From Azolla caroliniana (lineage: Eukaryota > Plantae > Polypodiophyta): 64,000 bases of DNA. This document shows, in pieces, positions 12,536-25,700 of this stretch. The position numbers and the translations under genes were made by a program. How positions within the stretch are numbered: the stretch's first letter is position 1; each line of letters opens with the position of its first letter. The stretch lies in the NCBI GenBank assembly GCA_043228905.1, contig JBHGNT010000006.1, forward strand, positions 1,612,001 to 1,676,000, in the 5' to 3' direction. Under the pieces are notes generated by a model. That model was not told the origin of the DNA. It saw nothing but the letters and a program-made list of their open reading frames with translations, and did not search any database.

Positions 12536-15500
12536 TTAGAAAACTAGCAATGAGCGAGCAGATCCTTTCCGCACTCGTTTCCTTCTCTTTTGTTGCATAC
12601 TACGCCATAGACTAATTATGAGAAGGAACCCTGTGAAAAAAAATCAAGCTCTGGTTTTAGGTGCTGTTAAACTTTCTAAGGTATCATAAGTACCCTTTGG
12701 ATCAATAAAACTGAAATATACTAAAAGTGCCCTTAACTGGTTTTCTGGACTCACCAGCAAAACAAAGAAAAATGGGGATAAGCCATTGGACAGCCAATAA
12801 TGCCGATGAATCGAACTGTAAATCAAATAAAGAAATTCTAAGAACTTCAAGAGAGAAAATCTATACATCAATCTCTATGACGTCTCTTACCTCATCGTGG
12901 TGTAGCCATCTAGAAGTCAATCCAATGACATTATTGTCTCTTCGTTCCTCTTGAGCTTTACCAGCTGACTTTTGTTGGTCAGATACTACACCTTCTCTTC
13001 TGATATAATTCATGGTTGTGTCATGAGGAAAACCCACATGCCTTTCTTGGTTTTTCAGCAGCCCATCAATTAAAGTAGTCGAAACTACACCATCACCAAC
13101 AGTGTTATTGGAGAGTACCATAGACATGTCCTCTCTGTTGGGTCTATCACTTCCTTTCGGTTGCCTCTGTCCAGAGCTGAAAGGCAGCTTGATATGCCTT
13201 TCATAACCTTTGGTACCTTGCACCTCAAATCGAGCATCAACACCGCATTGAAGTTCGTGATCAAGAACAAGTGAATACATGGAGAATTTCGCATCTTTCC
13301 TACGAGATGGAGATGAGGATGTCAGCCCATTCAATGGAAAATGTATTCTCTTTGAAGGTGCAAAAAGCACTGGATCTTTCAAATTATGGCTTGTAAAATC
13401 CAGCAACTTTTTGAGCAGCCAATAACAATCAGTCACGAGGTGGCTATTATCAAGACAGTTAGAATCTCCATAGACTGCAACACGGCCTAGACCACGTTCT
13501 ACAGCTCCTAATACTGCAGCCTCTACCTGCGGAAACTTCTCAAATGAGTATGATCATCTCTCACGTGTTGACAAATTCTCTTATTCATATCAGAACTTTA
13601 ACAGAACTTACTTGTGGTTGAGCTGATGTTTGTAATGATGATGAAAGTGAATTTGTTTTTGTTCCATCTTGGAACGTGAATCGATGCAAGAAACCACCAT
13701 CGGGGAAAACCGAGATGTCTGTGCCAGAAGCAAAAAAACCCCTTTGCCCATCAATGGAATAAGGACCAGTAAGTATTGTGCCCCCAAAACCAATACCAAA
13801 TCCAAGAAGAAGATCATTCAATGCAGGGATATTTGCTCCACCAGTCACAGGAGTCCACCAGCTTCGAGTGTTGTCATCAAAAAATTTCATTTTTATCATT
13901 GTTTCAAGATGATACCAATCAGCAAAGACTATCAATCCAAGTCCTAAAACTTTGACATCATTTTCTAGCTTAATTTTTTCCTCTTCAAAATATTCATCTT
14001 CCAGATCTACCATTAGCAATGTCCCATACTGACGAGCATCAAAGCATGTGAATGGAGAACCCAAAATTTCTACATAATATCCAGCATCACATAATATATC
14101 AAACATGCTATGGAAATTTGTGTGAGGATGATCTCCATGCCAATCAAGGATGTCATTTCTAACATCCAATGAATCTCTGGGTATATAACCAGGTGGATAA
14201 CGCACATTATGAAATTGATCCCAAAGAATCCGGCGTTCTCGTTGAGGAGTGGGAATAACATTCACACGAAGATGGAGTGTGCATTCACTTCTCTGCATTT
14301 CTTTTCCTTGTGTTCTTGAAGGTGACACAATTGACAAAGATATATCACCTTCAATTATGCCTGAAAAATTCACCCCTTCATCACGAATCTCCATGTGTAA
14401 TCCTAAGAATCCTGTCCATGGCCAGATGGTATCCGAGAATGTGAATCGAATGTCTAATAGATTACCAGCAATATCAGAAGGATTCCATGTAGGATTTTTC
14501 TCCACATAGCCTACAACACCCATTCCATTCAATATTGTGACATTGAAGACAACAGGCATAGCACCCGCATAAAGGGGTTGCCGACAGAAAGGCCACATGT
14601 AAGGGCAATCAAGAAAATCTATTACTGATGGAACAAGACTTGCTCGGGGTTTGTATTTTACAAGGATTTCATACGATTCCAACCTGACATGACAAAATCA
14701 GGCAGTGAGCCTTGGTGCAGACTTATTGAAGGAAACATTAAAAAGACTTGCACAATGACAAAAAATCAAGAAAATGCTCACAAATTCAACCGCCCGGAAC
14801 CTTGTTCAAAAATATTTGGACCCTCCAACCGAGAAGCTCCCTCAATAATAGCTTGCTTCATGCTGGCTGGATTGATGATATTCCAACGAATGGACTCTGG
14901 AATTACACTGGCAAGCAAACAAACAGCACCTGCCACTACAGGACTCGCCACGCTAGTTCCCGAAAGACTTTTGCAACCAGAGTTTATCCTTGACCCAATG
15001 ATATCTCTTCCGTAAGCTACAATATCTGGTTTTACTCGTCCATACCTAAATCAAGAAATACAGAAATGTTTGCTATTTAGACCATCAAGAAATACACCTC
15101 GATATGGCTGAGAAAATAAACATAAGCAAAGCACTCAATACCCATGAGGAATTTCCCAGGTAGTCATCCCCCGTGATGAGAATGATGCAATATGATCACT
15201 ATAATCAATCCCACCCACACCAATCACGTCACTCTGATCAGCCGGATTATTGAGTGTTCCATAAAGAGGTCCATCATTCCCAATAGCCGATACCATAATG
15301 ACATTATTGGCTGTCATCTCCCATACCTTTATATAACAATTAAAATAACATTATGCAATGAAAAATGCCACTTAGCTATCAAAGCTCTAAAACCTCTGTT
15401 TTCAGACCTATTGATTCCCCTTATAATTAGCTTGTTATCATTTGTTACCGAATATTACCTTTTCAATGAAAGGTCGATCAAGAAAATCCGGTCCACCAAT

Positions 15501-17805
15501 GCTAAGATTAAGGATGTTTATCTCAGTTGCAATTGCATAATTGAAAGCATCTAAAAACCATGATGTGTACGACACCTGCAGAATACTGAAAACAATTCTG
15601 CATTACATAATAAAGAAACTGTCCCAAAAAAAAAAACATGTGATTATCCCACATACAATCCATTAAGAATGTAGGTGCAATCAGCGCTCATTTCACATTC
15701 ACTAGAAGACCGCACAATACCAGAAGAAAGATGAAAAGAAAAGAAAACATTGGAAGATGAACAGCCATGAGATGAGTGGCACAGATGAACATTGACATCA
15801 TTTCATATCAACATAATTCAGATGCTCGAGTGCAATGAGAAGGAAGCAGTAACAAGAAAATATTATCTTACCTGTGCATCCGTGAAAACTCGAAATGCAT
15901 ATATCTCAGCATCGGGGGCAAAACCCAAACATTGAGGATCCTTACTTGAGATCACTCCTGCCACAAAGGTTCCATGTCCTAGATTGTCATTCAATGTATC
16001 TTCATTTGTCCAATTAGTCCTCTCCTACAGTTAGAGGAAAAGAAAAAGAAATAGCGATGCCACATAAATCTTCCATTGTATAACAAGCAAGGTCTTGCTA
16101 ATGACATAAAAGATATAAACAATAATATACACATTGTCACAAGAAATAAAAAGAGGATAATCTGACTCGTTGTGTATAATAACCTATTGATGATGACTGA
16201 ATATATTACACAGAGATCTACAATATGACAAAGAAAAATGCAAACAGATATAACTGTACATTGCACCTATACACAGTACATTAGCCTTCTATGTTCAAAA
16301 TGCAACAATCAACATGAAACATGATACACTTCTCGTGGGTTGCTCACAGCCTCAAACATGTTTCACTTTCCAAGGAAAAGTCCAATCTTCATGTGTACTC
16401 TCACCTTTGGTGCTAATGTTTCATGCAATGCGCATTGATGGTTGGAGATTTAAGAAAAGAGGTTAGAATAGTATACACCAAAGAGAGTTGCAACATGGTA
16501 TGTTATGGCACATCCACATAAAAAAATTTGAGTGTTGAAACCAGATCCATTGAGTAGACTAACAAAATGAAATAAAACCACAATAACATCAACAATATAA
16601 AAGCAAACCAAGCCTACTGATCATGCCACTGCATAGCACATGTCTAATGATCATAACATTACATAGTATAAACATAAATATTTAAATGTGTATACCATGA
16701 GTCTAGTTGAGAGTGCACATAGTACATACCTATCTTCTCTATATTAACAAAATAAAAGAAGTGAAGGCTTAATACTAGAACTTAGACCTTAAGTGTCATG
16801 GGACATTTAATCTAATTTTATTTATGTGCAACATGCGTTGTTGATGCACATAAAAATTATCTCTGAAGTGTCTCAAAGAAACGCTTGCTGTTATATTGAT
16901 TTTTTGCATAAATGAGATATGAAAGCTGGTATCATCAACATTTCTTGATAGAATGATGCAATACCTTAATATTCCTAAAATGTGGATGATCAGCCCTCAC
17001 ACCAGTGTCAAAAACTGCCATCCGAACCTTTGCACCCGTAAAACCTTTGCTCCAAAGCTGGTCAGCCCCAAACATCGACGTTATTTGAGATCTCTGTGAA
17101 AGAAGTAACAAATCAAATCTTAGATTCCAGGTCTTAATTTTATTTCAATTGAAAATAATAAAAAAGACACAAATCATCGCACCACATTTCATAATGGACA
17201 TATCTAGAGAAAACACAAAACGCATATTTCTTGCACTAAAATTAATAAATAGCAACTTCCAATGGCCTGATAAGATTATTTGGAATCAATAGAGTACTTA
17301 ATACCTATGTTTACGCAAAAAGTGGCATTTTATTGACAACAATGCTTGCTGCATACACCAAAATATGTGTGCATACAAATATACATTCACAAATTAATGT
17401 GCATTAATGATGAACTTTCAGTCCCATCCATGAAATGATGTTTTGCTGCTAATATGCCTACCCTCTCCCTCTATCTCAAATTAATAATCTACCCTAGTGG
17501 TAAAGCATCTATAAGAGAGACTGGTTTCCCTATTTCCAAAATTTGTCCTCTTATTTTAGAGCAGGGTTATGCCTTGCAGCTGATATAACAATCTGTGATA
17601 TATTTGAACTCAGTAACACCCCTCAAACCCTATATTAAGAGTACTTAGAGCAGAGATCAACTAAAATCATGCAGTAGCGTGGACCATCTGTCACTGTTAA
17701 ACTCCCTGATTAGCACATTCTGCACAAGGATAAAATCTCTAATGCTCATGTTGTGTTATTGTAGAACCACCTTGGACATCATGATGGATGTTGAATTCAT
17801 ACTTG

Positions 17806-17894
<89 letters not shown>

Positions 17895-18800
17895 TACACA
17901 CAAACACATATGTATGGCTAGGCATAAAGAAGTATTTACTTGCAAAAGGATTTTCCGGCCAGAACTCGAAAGGGATGGCTTCTCACACTGACCCATAAGG
18001 TCACCATCTTCACTCCAAGGTGTGGATCGTTTCCCTTCACTTCGATATTTAGCACTCTCGTCTGAGGAATCATTGCTTTCCATCCCAAAAGATGGCGCGC
18101 TGGAATCTCTTGTGATTTCATCCTCCTTCAGTAAGGCTCTAGTAAACCGAGACTGCCGAGAGATGTCCTTTACAAAATTTAAGGCCTTCAACTGGTTTAC
18201 AACACCATCAATTCCTCTTTCTTTAATCCTGAGCAAACCAAAATCGGTAGGGAATGCTGAGGCTGGATTCACCCGCTCTACCCACTCCCATCCGTCGAAT
18301 TGCTGCATAGATTTTGACAGGGCAATTTGATGTTCGGTTGCATATTTGTAAGATGTAAACCTAACAATCACTTCATTTGAAACCTCCCCATCAAATCTCA
18401 GGGATTCTAGCCCTTCCTTGGAATCCAGAGAACCTGGAGATGATTCCACCCTTTCTCTGGATTCTATGAAACCTGACAAAGAATCTCCGCATTCTTCGGA
18501 ATCTGAGCAACCCGATAATGGTTCTAGCCCTACCACGTAATTGGAGGAAAACGAAGATGAATCTGGCCTTTCCTTATGATATAAGGAAACCAATGAATCT
18601 TCTCCAGCGAAGCAGATGGAGGAGAGCGAATCTGAGAAGATCTTTCTACATAGACCTCCATTGGACAAAGAGATATTCGCGGAAGAGTAGGCGAGGGGCT
18701 CAGACACAGATTGAAGATCGATATGGGATAGACCAGAAACCATGTATGGTTGAAACCCTGAAGAAAAGAGGAGCCAGAGGAGGATCGGAAATACCATCAT
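12536..18800 (-). CDS. SBT6.1: Subtilisin-like site-1 protease (S1P/MBTPS1 ortholog), 10 exons
   Basis: Exons 18800-17940, 17093-16965, 16024-15872, 15575-15459, 15326-15142, 15045-14782, 14683-13612, 13526-12891, 12815-12755, 12630-12536; all GT-AG and in frame. Catalytic triad FDTG / GHGTFVAG / GTSVASP, oxyanion AIGNDG, WDQFHN, C-terminal TM helix and basic tail, N-terminal signal peptide. Confidence 0.95.
17807..17905. repeat. (CT)n(CA)n microsatellite in SBT6.1 intron 1
   Basis: Read directly from the sequence. Confidence 0.95.
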
Positions 18801-18977
18801 AGGCTCTCTGACTGTCTTTTGGGGGGTTCTTCTTGCTTACTCTGAACCATGACTCTGCACTGACTCTTCACAGTCCTGATACCATGGCGGCGGCCCCTTC
18901 CTTAGAGAGGCAGGCAGGCAGCAGAGTAGCATACATACAAAAGACCGATAAGTGTTTGCTTCACATGATATGCTCTC

Positions 18978-19118
18978 ACATACATACATACATATACATG
19001 TATGTATGTATGTATGTATGTATGTATGTATGTATGTATGTATGTATGTATGTATGTATGTATGTATGTATGTATGTATGTATGTATGTATGTATGTATG
19101 TATGTATGTATGTATGTA

Positions 19119-19153
<35 letters not shown>

Positions 19154-19164
19154 TTATGTATTTA

Positions 19165-19210
<46 letters not shown>

Positions 19211-19260
19211 TGCAAGACTGCATGTATGTATGTATGTATGGGTGTGTGTGTATGTATGTA
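18978..19260. repeat. Compound (TATG)n/(TG)n microsatellite upstream of SBT6.1
   Basis: Read directly; about 30 TATG units followed by TG runs. Confidence 0.95.
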
Positions 19261-22200
19261 ACACTTGATTTGTTTCACACAGGGCCCGTAGAACGCCCAT
19301 CATTCTATGTCCACCTTATTCACTCTTTCCCTACTCGTACACACACAAAAAAGCATGGGGTTGTGTTCCTCGCCTCGACATGCCTAGCACCGCCGTTCAA
19401 TCAACCTTTCCTTTGCAGAAAACATTGTTCCGTGACCTTGCGTGGCCATGGGATCCTCCCCCCCCCCCCCCCCCAAGCTACTATCAATATTGATATTTCA
19501 CATGTTGGATAGGTCATTTTCTTGCCTTATATCATGAATCAATCATATATGGTTTGCTGTTACTCTTGTAAGTAACAAACACTCCATGTGTTTTAACCCT
19601 ATCAAAATGATGACAGCAATGACGATGATGATTGTTGTAAGTTAGTCGATAGTTTTTTCCTTCCTTGCACCACACTAATGGGGAGTCGCATTATGTTGTT
19701 AAGCTCTTGATGTTTATTTAATGATATGTACAAATTTCCCACCTTGGTGGGATCTAGTTTTAATGGTTCATGAGTGGGTAGTGCGACCTCTTTTGACTTA
19801 TTGTGCCATTTGAGTGAAATCAACACTTCTAGGAAATGACATCTTGGACTTGGTTGTAATTGACCATACAATAGGGAAATTATGTGTTGTGGTAGGATTG
19901 TGATCATTGTGACTACGAGGGCACTTAACAAAGAACTCGAACATATACCTATGGGGATCTTATTCACAATGCTTGAATAAATAACTTGGTTACAATAATT
20001 GAAGTGTGATGTTACATTTGCCATGGTTCGTACAAATTGGGCATTACTTCATGCATTATAAGATTAGATTTACATTAGAAGAAATGAAAATGGCAAGTGT
20101 GTGCTTAATCACGAGCTTTGATTCCCCGTTAATCTCACATGCATTCAAACCACATTTCAAAACTCAACAAACAAAAATGAATTCAATTACATTTACTCCA
20201 TTATTTATTACATGACATGACTACATGCTTTCACAAACTTGCCAAAATAAATTGATATAAACAAGAAGAACAAACCTTAAATCATCAATCAAACATGACT
20301 ACTAGTACTACAAGTCTCCTTTGATGAATTTGGTGATCCAAACATCTCAACTCTTATATCCATGCAAGAAAGTGTATCTAAAATTACATATAATCAAACT
20401 AATTTATTTGTTTTTCCTTTGATGTCCTCGATAAAGGAGAAAGGATGTCTAGAATGAAGATACTCGTGCATGTTACTAAATACGTGCTAAATATGGAACA
20501 AATCGAACAAGATATTATAGGGTGTAAACAATGGTTGTACGTCCATTACAATACTAAAGTTAACAAATAGTTTGTATAAATGTGTGATAAAACAAAAGCA
20601 TGGTTTTGGATTCAAGCGAAAAGCAATGGGAGTCTGACTCTATGTTCATCATAAAAGCATTCGTTATTTTTACTTTGGTTACTAGTGTCTTTGACCTAAA
20701 AAGTAACTATCATGTTCCTCCGAAGTCCTAATAAGCAATTTCATGTTCCAAATTCAAAGAGTTAAAATCCAGGAATGCCTTACAAATTATGATGCGTAAA
20801 AGTTGACCTCTTCACTTTGGTTTATATATTAACACATCCATTGTTTTTCGGTTTGAATAATAACTTCGTCAGTCTCGTTATCTTTGTATTCTCTTTCTAT
20901 TGTTGCCCAATATCCTCAGTTTTCGAAAGAATATTCTTCGCAACTTTAGTCCATTATAATTGTACCAATATTAACTTTGCCAATACAAATGTGTTTGTAG
21001 CAAGGCGAAGACTTATTATTGCATTCAAAATTATCGATTCATTGGCGTTGGACATTCATCTTCAAATATATTCCCATTTGATGCCATTGGAACTCAAGGC
21101 ATTGTAGTGCTTTGTTACTTCTCGATCTATCAATCGATTCCCTAAGGGATGATATCTTGAAGAACATCAAAAGCTCCTTTACGAAGTTAATATAACTTCA
21201 CTGTGATGATTCAATAAACAATCCTAATTGTTGGACGCATATTTGTATGTGAACAAAAAAATGTCCAAATTTGCCAAATGAAATATTGGGGTACTTTTTG
21301 CACATCCACGATACAAAAAAGAAAAATTACATTGTCAAGACATCAAGCTATGACCATCAATATATTCATTATTGTCTTTCTCTTGTAATGATTGTCCATT
21401 CACAACATTACATACATTGCAAGTATGATATGACGTAATAAAGCACGATAACATTTTGATAGATATAACGACTACCTAGAACGAACCATCAGAATGGACA
21501 TTGGCTTCCTATTTTTGAATATTAATATTTACTAGACATATTCATCATAGATGGTTCTGATTGACTTGACTTGTCTCCATTCTTGTCACAAATATATAAA
21601 ATTATAACTATTTCCCTCCCCATCACTAGTGAAAAACAACATGTGAGCTTGTTTATACATGTGTATCCAAAATTCACAGTTGGCTTGGATAATACGATAT
21701 ACTTGTTTTCTACAACTCAATAAGATTTCAACGTTTTCCAACACTCATGTTTAATTGATAGTGACAACATTGTTCTATCCCTATTATGCATGACCATGTT
21801 AGAAGGACTTTACAACAAACTCAACATAGCATCACATTAAAATGCTTTCCTATGCCAAGAATAAACATTACATATTCATTCGATGATGCTTTAACTTTAG
21901 TTTGATTTAGTGTTTTGATATGACGAGTGACACTTGTTTCTTTTAGGACAGGAGCAATTATTTGTATACAAACAGTGATTTGCATTATTAACCAAACCAA
22001 AACCAAAACTACATGCATTCAGGCGCATTTTTTTCTCGTAGCATAGCAGAAACACATAAATTGGAGGTTTGGTGGAATTGTATGCATGGGCACATGGTAT
22101 AACACCTTCCATTGGTCCACACGAGAAAAGTACGCACGATACAACCTAGAGAAGCATCAACAATCTTTGCATAAAAATTGCAAGTGAGGTAGCATTGATA

Positions 22201-22778
22201 ACAAACGCAAAAGTCATTGTTTTAAGACTTTAACAATTCCATAAAATGGTTGGGCAATGGTGTGACAAAAGAGCTCTAAAGTCGAGCATGTCCATCATAT
22301 TGAGTTTGTGAGGCACGCAAACACATAAGTCTAACAAAGACACATATAACTCAGGGCCATAAAGTTTCGTGGATATGCCACTGGAGCACAGAGGTATGCC
22401 TTTCGCGCGAGACAAGTGTAGTGCAACACAATGGGAAGAAGAGAAGGAAGCCAATACACGAAGGGTGGGACGGACAACTCTAGGATTGTCCTATAGAGCC
22501 AACCATTTGTATATGGCAGGAGAAAAGCTAAAGCCTATGTATATTGATTGGGTGGGCATTGGGAAAGAGAGAGAGAGAGAGAGAGAGCCAAAGGAACAGA
22601 ACACAAAGGAACAGAGCAGGTCCCAATTGTATTTGTATTTGGGAAAACAACATCTGCATATCATATGTACATAAATATCCTCTGCACAGCTTCCTTACCA
22701 TGGATCCTCTTTCTCCACCCACTAGTCCCATGGATGCTTCTTCGTAACCCTAAAATTCCACCAACACATGGTTAGATA

Positions 22779-25700
22779 ATGGCTGCTCCAAAGTCTTCTC
22801 TCTCTCAAAACCATATGCTTGCCTCTTCTTCGTCTTCTTCTTCCCCTGCTCCTGCAGCAGCAGCTGGAGAGTACCTACTTCAATTGCTTCAGAAGGGACA
22901 TGTTTCTTCTTCAGAGGTTCGTAATACAGACTCCATCCTTGTCAAAGAGCACCACAGATCTCTGGAAGAAGAAGAGCAATACTCACGGCATGTTCTCCAG
23001 CAAGACCCTGCCGTGGCTGCCATGGGCCCTTGCCATAGCCATAGCCTTCGGTGGCGCCTCAGTGATGAGGTCATTGATGGCGATAGAACAGGGCTCTTGC
23101 CTGTACAAGATCTTCAGCATGGCTGTGGCCGTGTCCAATATCATCAGTATGAACACCATCATCAATACGAACACCGTCGTCAACAACATCAACATCAACA
23201 ACAGCATCGACCACAACCTCAGCTACATCAACATCAACAACATCATCAGGGTTCCCTTCATTTTCCAGGTACTCCCCCATCTCTGTTTCCCGAACTTTTC
23301 ACGACTTCCCACATGGATCCCCTTTTGGGCCGTCCACCCCCTACTTCAACGCAGAATCAGTTCTTTGGCCCTTATCCATACCGTCCAGTAGATCATCATT
23401 CTTATGTGCAGATGCCCCCTCCAGGATTTGGACAATCTGGTTTGATGAATTCTAATTCATCTTTTGTGCACCCTGGACATAACGTGGTATCCATATTATC
23501 ACATACAGGGGTTGAGAATCCAAAACAACATGACGATTTTCTGAATAAACAGATTCTTTCTCATAAAAGCGTCCAAGATGCGAATCCTCCTGTTGTGGCA
23601 CCGGAGAGAGTTTTGTTTCAGCAAGGAGAACAGCAATTCTATACTCAATTTGGGTCCGTTGGTGTCAAAATTGCTCAGAAGGATTGTGTTAAAGAAGAGA
23701 CAGACATGTTATTGCCCAGTGCATCTTTTCCTAAGAAACCCATCAAATCAGATGAATCAATGAAACTAACCTCAATCTCAAAAGCGAGTCTTGCAAAGGG
23801 CTATGGACCCATTGGTCCAGTGAGGTTGGAAGAAGACCAAATTTGTCAAAATACTGAGGGAGCCCCAAGTAATCAGCTCTCTCATCAACATGTGTTGCAT
23901 CCTACTGTTGCAAAATATCATGATAAGTCATTCAATTTGATAGAAAGTATGGCAAAGTTGTCAAAGAGGCCTGATTTACATGCATATGGATTCAGTAATG
24001 TGCAAAAGGATGCAACACTTCTAGCATCTGATAATCTAGATTCTGCTAATTTTTTAAATTCGAGTGATTTTTTAGACACTTCCGAGAAACTGCAGTTGAA
24101 ACAGAGATATAGTCAGATAGCTCAGGATGGGAAGACAACTACAGGGAATGGCTTGCTTGACTGGACTGCTATAACTCATGGTAAAAGAGATGAAGATAGG
24201 GAGAGTGAAACAATACGATTCATGGGAACTCAGGAAGAACTTCCTATCAGGGTCAACCGTGATATTCAAAAGCAAAGAGGACAATCCGTAAGCTGGAGGT
24301 TGAAGCATTCAAATGCTTCCGAGCCATCCAAGGATCAAGTGAATCATAACAGTAGATTAAGAAACAAGTCTCTGATTCAAGATAACCATGTAGGGTTACC
24401 TTCTGATTCTAGAGTCAATGCTGCACCCGACTATGCTGCAAATAAATCCAAGCAAGCTTTACTCACTTCACTGCTGGTTGATGATCAAGGAACTGTCAAT
24501 GATGGGAACAATGATGAAACAATCTTGGGATGTATTGAGTTTTTAGAACTTTGTAAAGATAATGTATCAGAAGAACATATCCAACAGGCTCCTCCTTCTA
24601 AGGTAACATGATTATGAAAGGAATGTCAGATTGAAAAGAATGCCCATGTTTCTTTGTAACATTAACATTCGGGTTTATAGGATTTGAAACAGGTTAGGCA
24701 ACCAAATAGTAGGGTTTCCATGCTGCCCAAATTCATCCGAAGAGAATTTATCAGTCGAGCTGACTCGGAGAAATGCACTAGACAGTTTCTTTCCATTTTT
24801 CAAACATTGATACCACCTGTAGATGAGGAAATAAGAAGAAAGAAACTTCTTTCAACTCTGAAAGAACTTGTGTCAGGAATTTGGCCTGATGCTCAACTCT
24901 ATTTATTTGGGTCTTGTGCTAACGCATTTGGGGTATGTAATAGTGACATTGATATATGTCTTTCCATTGAATCTGAAGATTCAAACAAAGCTAAAGTGGT
25001 TCGCAAGTTAGCGGACATTCTCGAAGAAAATGATATGCAGAATGTTCAGGTTCATATTAACCCTTCGATAAAATGATGCCATTTACAGTATTTCTTATAA
25101 TGCTTCTAACAACAATATGACTTTGGAAGGCCTTTTAAGTTTGTAGTACCTTATAATTGAGCATATTTTTAATTTGCAGGCATTAACTCATGCAAGGGTT
25201 CCTATTGTGAAGTACTCAGATCCAAAAACTGGGATATCTTGTGACGTGTGTGTTAATAATATGCTTGCTGTTGTGAATACAAAGCTGCTACGTGATTATG
25301 CTCAGATTGATGTCCGACTTCGTCAGCTAGCTTTCCTGGTGAAACATTGGGCCAAATGTCGTCAAGTGAATGAGACATACCGGGGAACACTCTCTAGCTA
25401 TGCGTAAGTTTCCTACATGATTCTGTTTAAACACAATGATATTTTACTTGAGATGATGTTATTCTTCTCATCAAGTTACTTCATTACATTTCACCTTTGA
25501 ATTTTACTTACGTTTTAAATTTGCATTTATATTTGATAACCAAAATTCCTTGCTAATTTTTTCACGGATGATAATGTACTGAAGCTTTATGTAGCAAGAA
25601 TAAATAATGACAATGTGTGGGGAATTCAACTTAGCTTATGCAATTGATGGTTTTGCTTGACATCCTGGATGTGTATGTTTGTTTCTGACACAGAGACATG

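Noticed and set aside
18833-19512. ORFs with MYVC/HTYI repeats
   Set aside because: These are translations of the (TATG)n microsatellite.
19600-22200. Possible decayed transposase sequence (similar suspicion for 1500-2600, 9000-10250 and 11300-12100)
   Set aside because: I could not identify convincing motifs or termini by eye; a TBLASTX search against a TE library would be needed.
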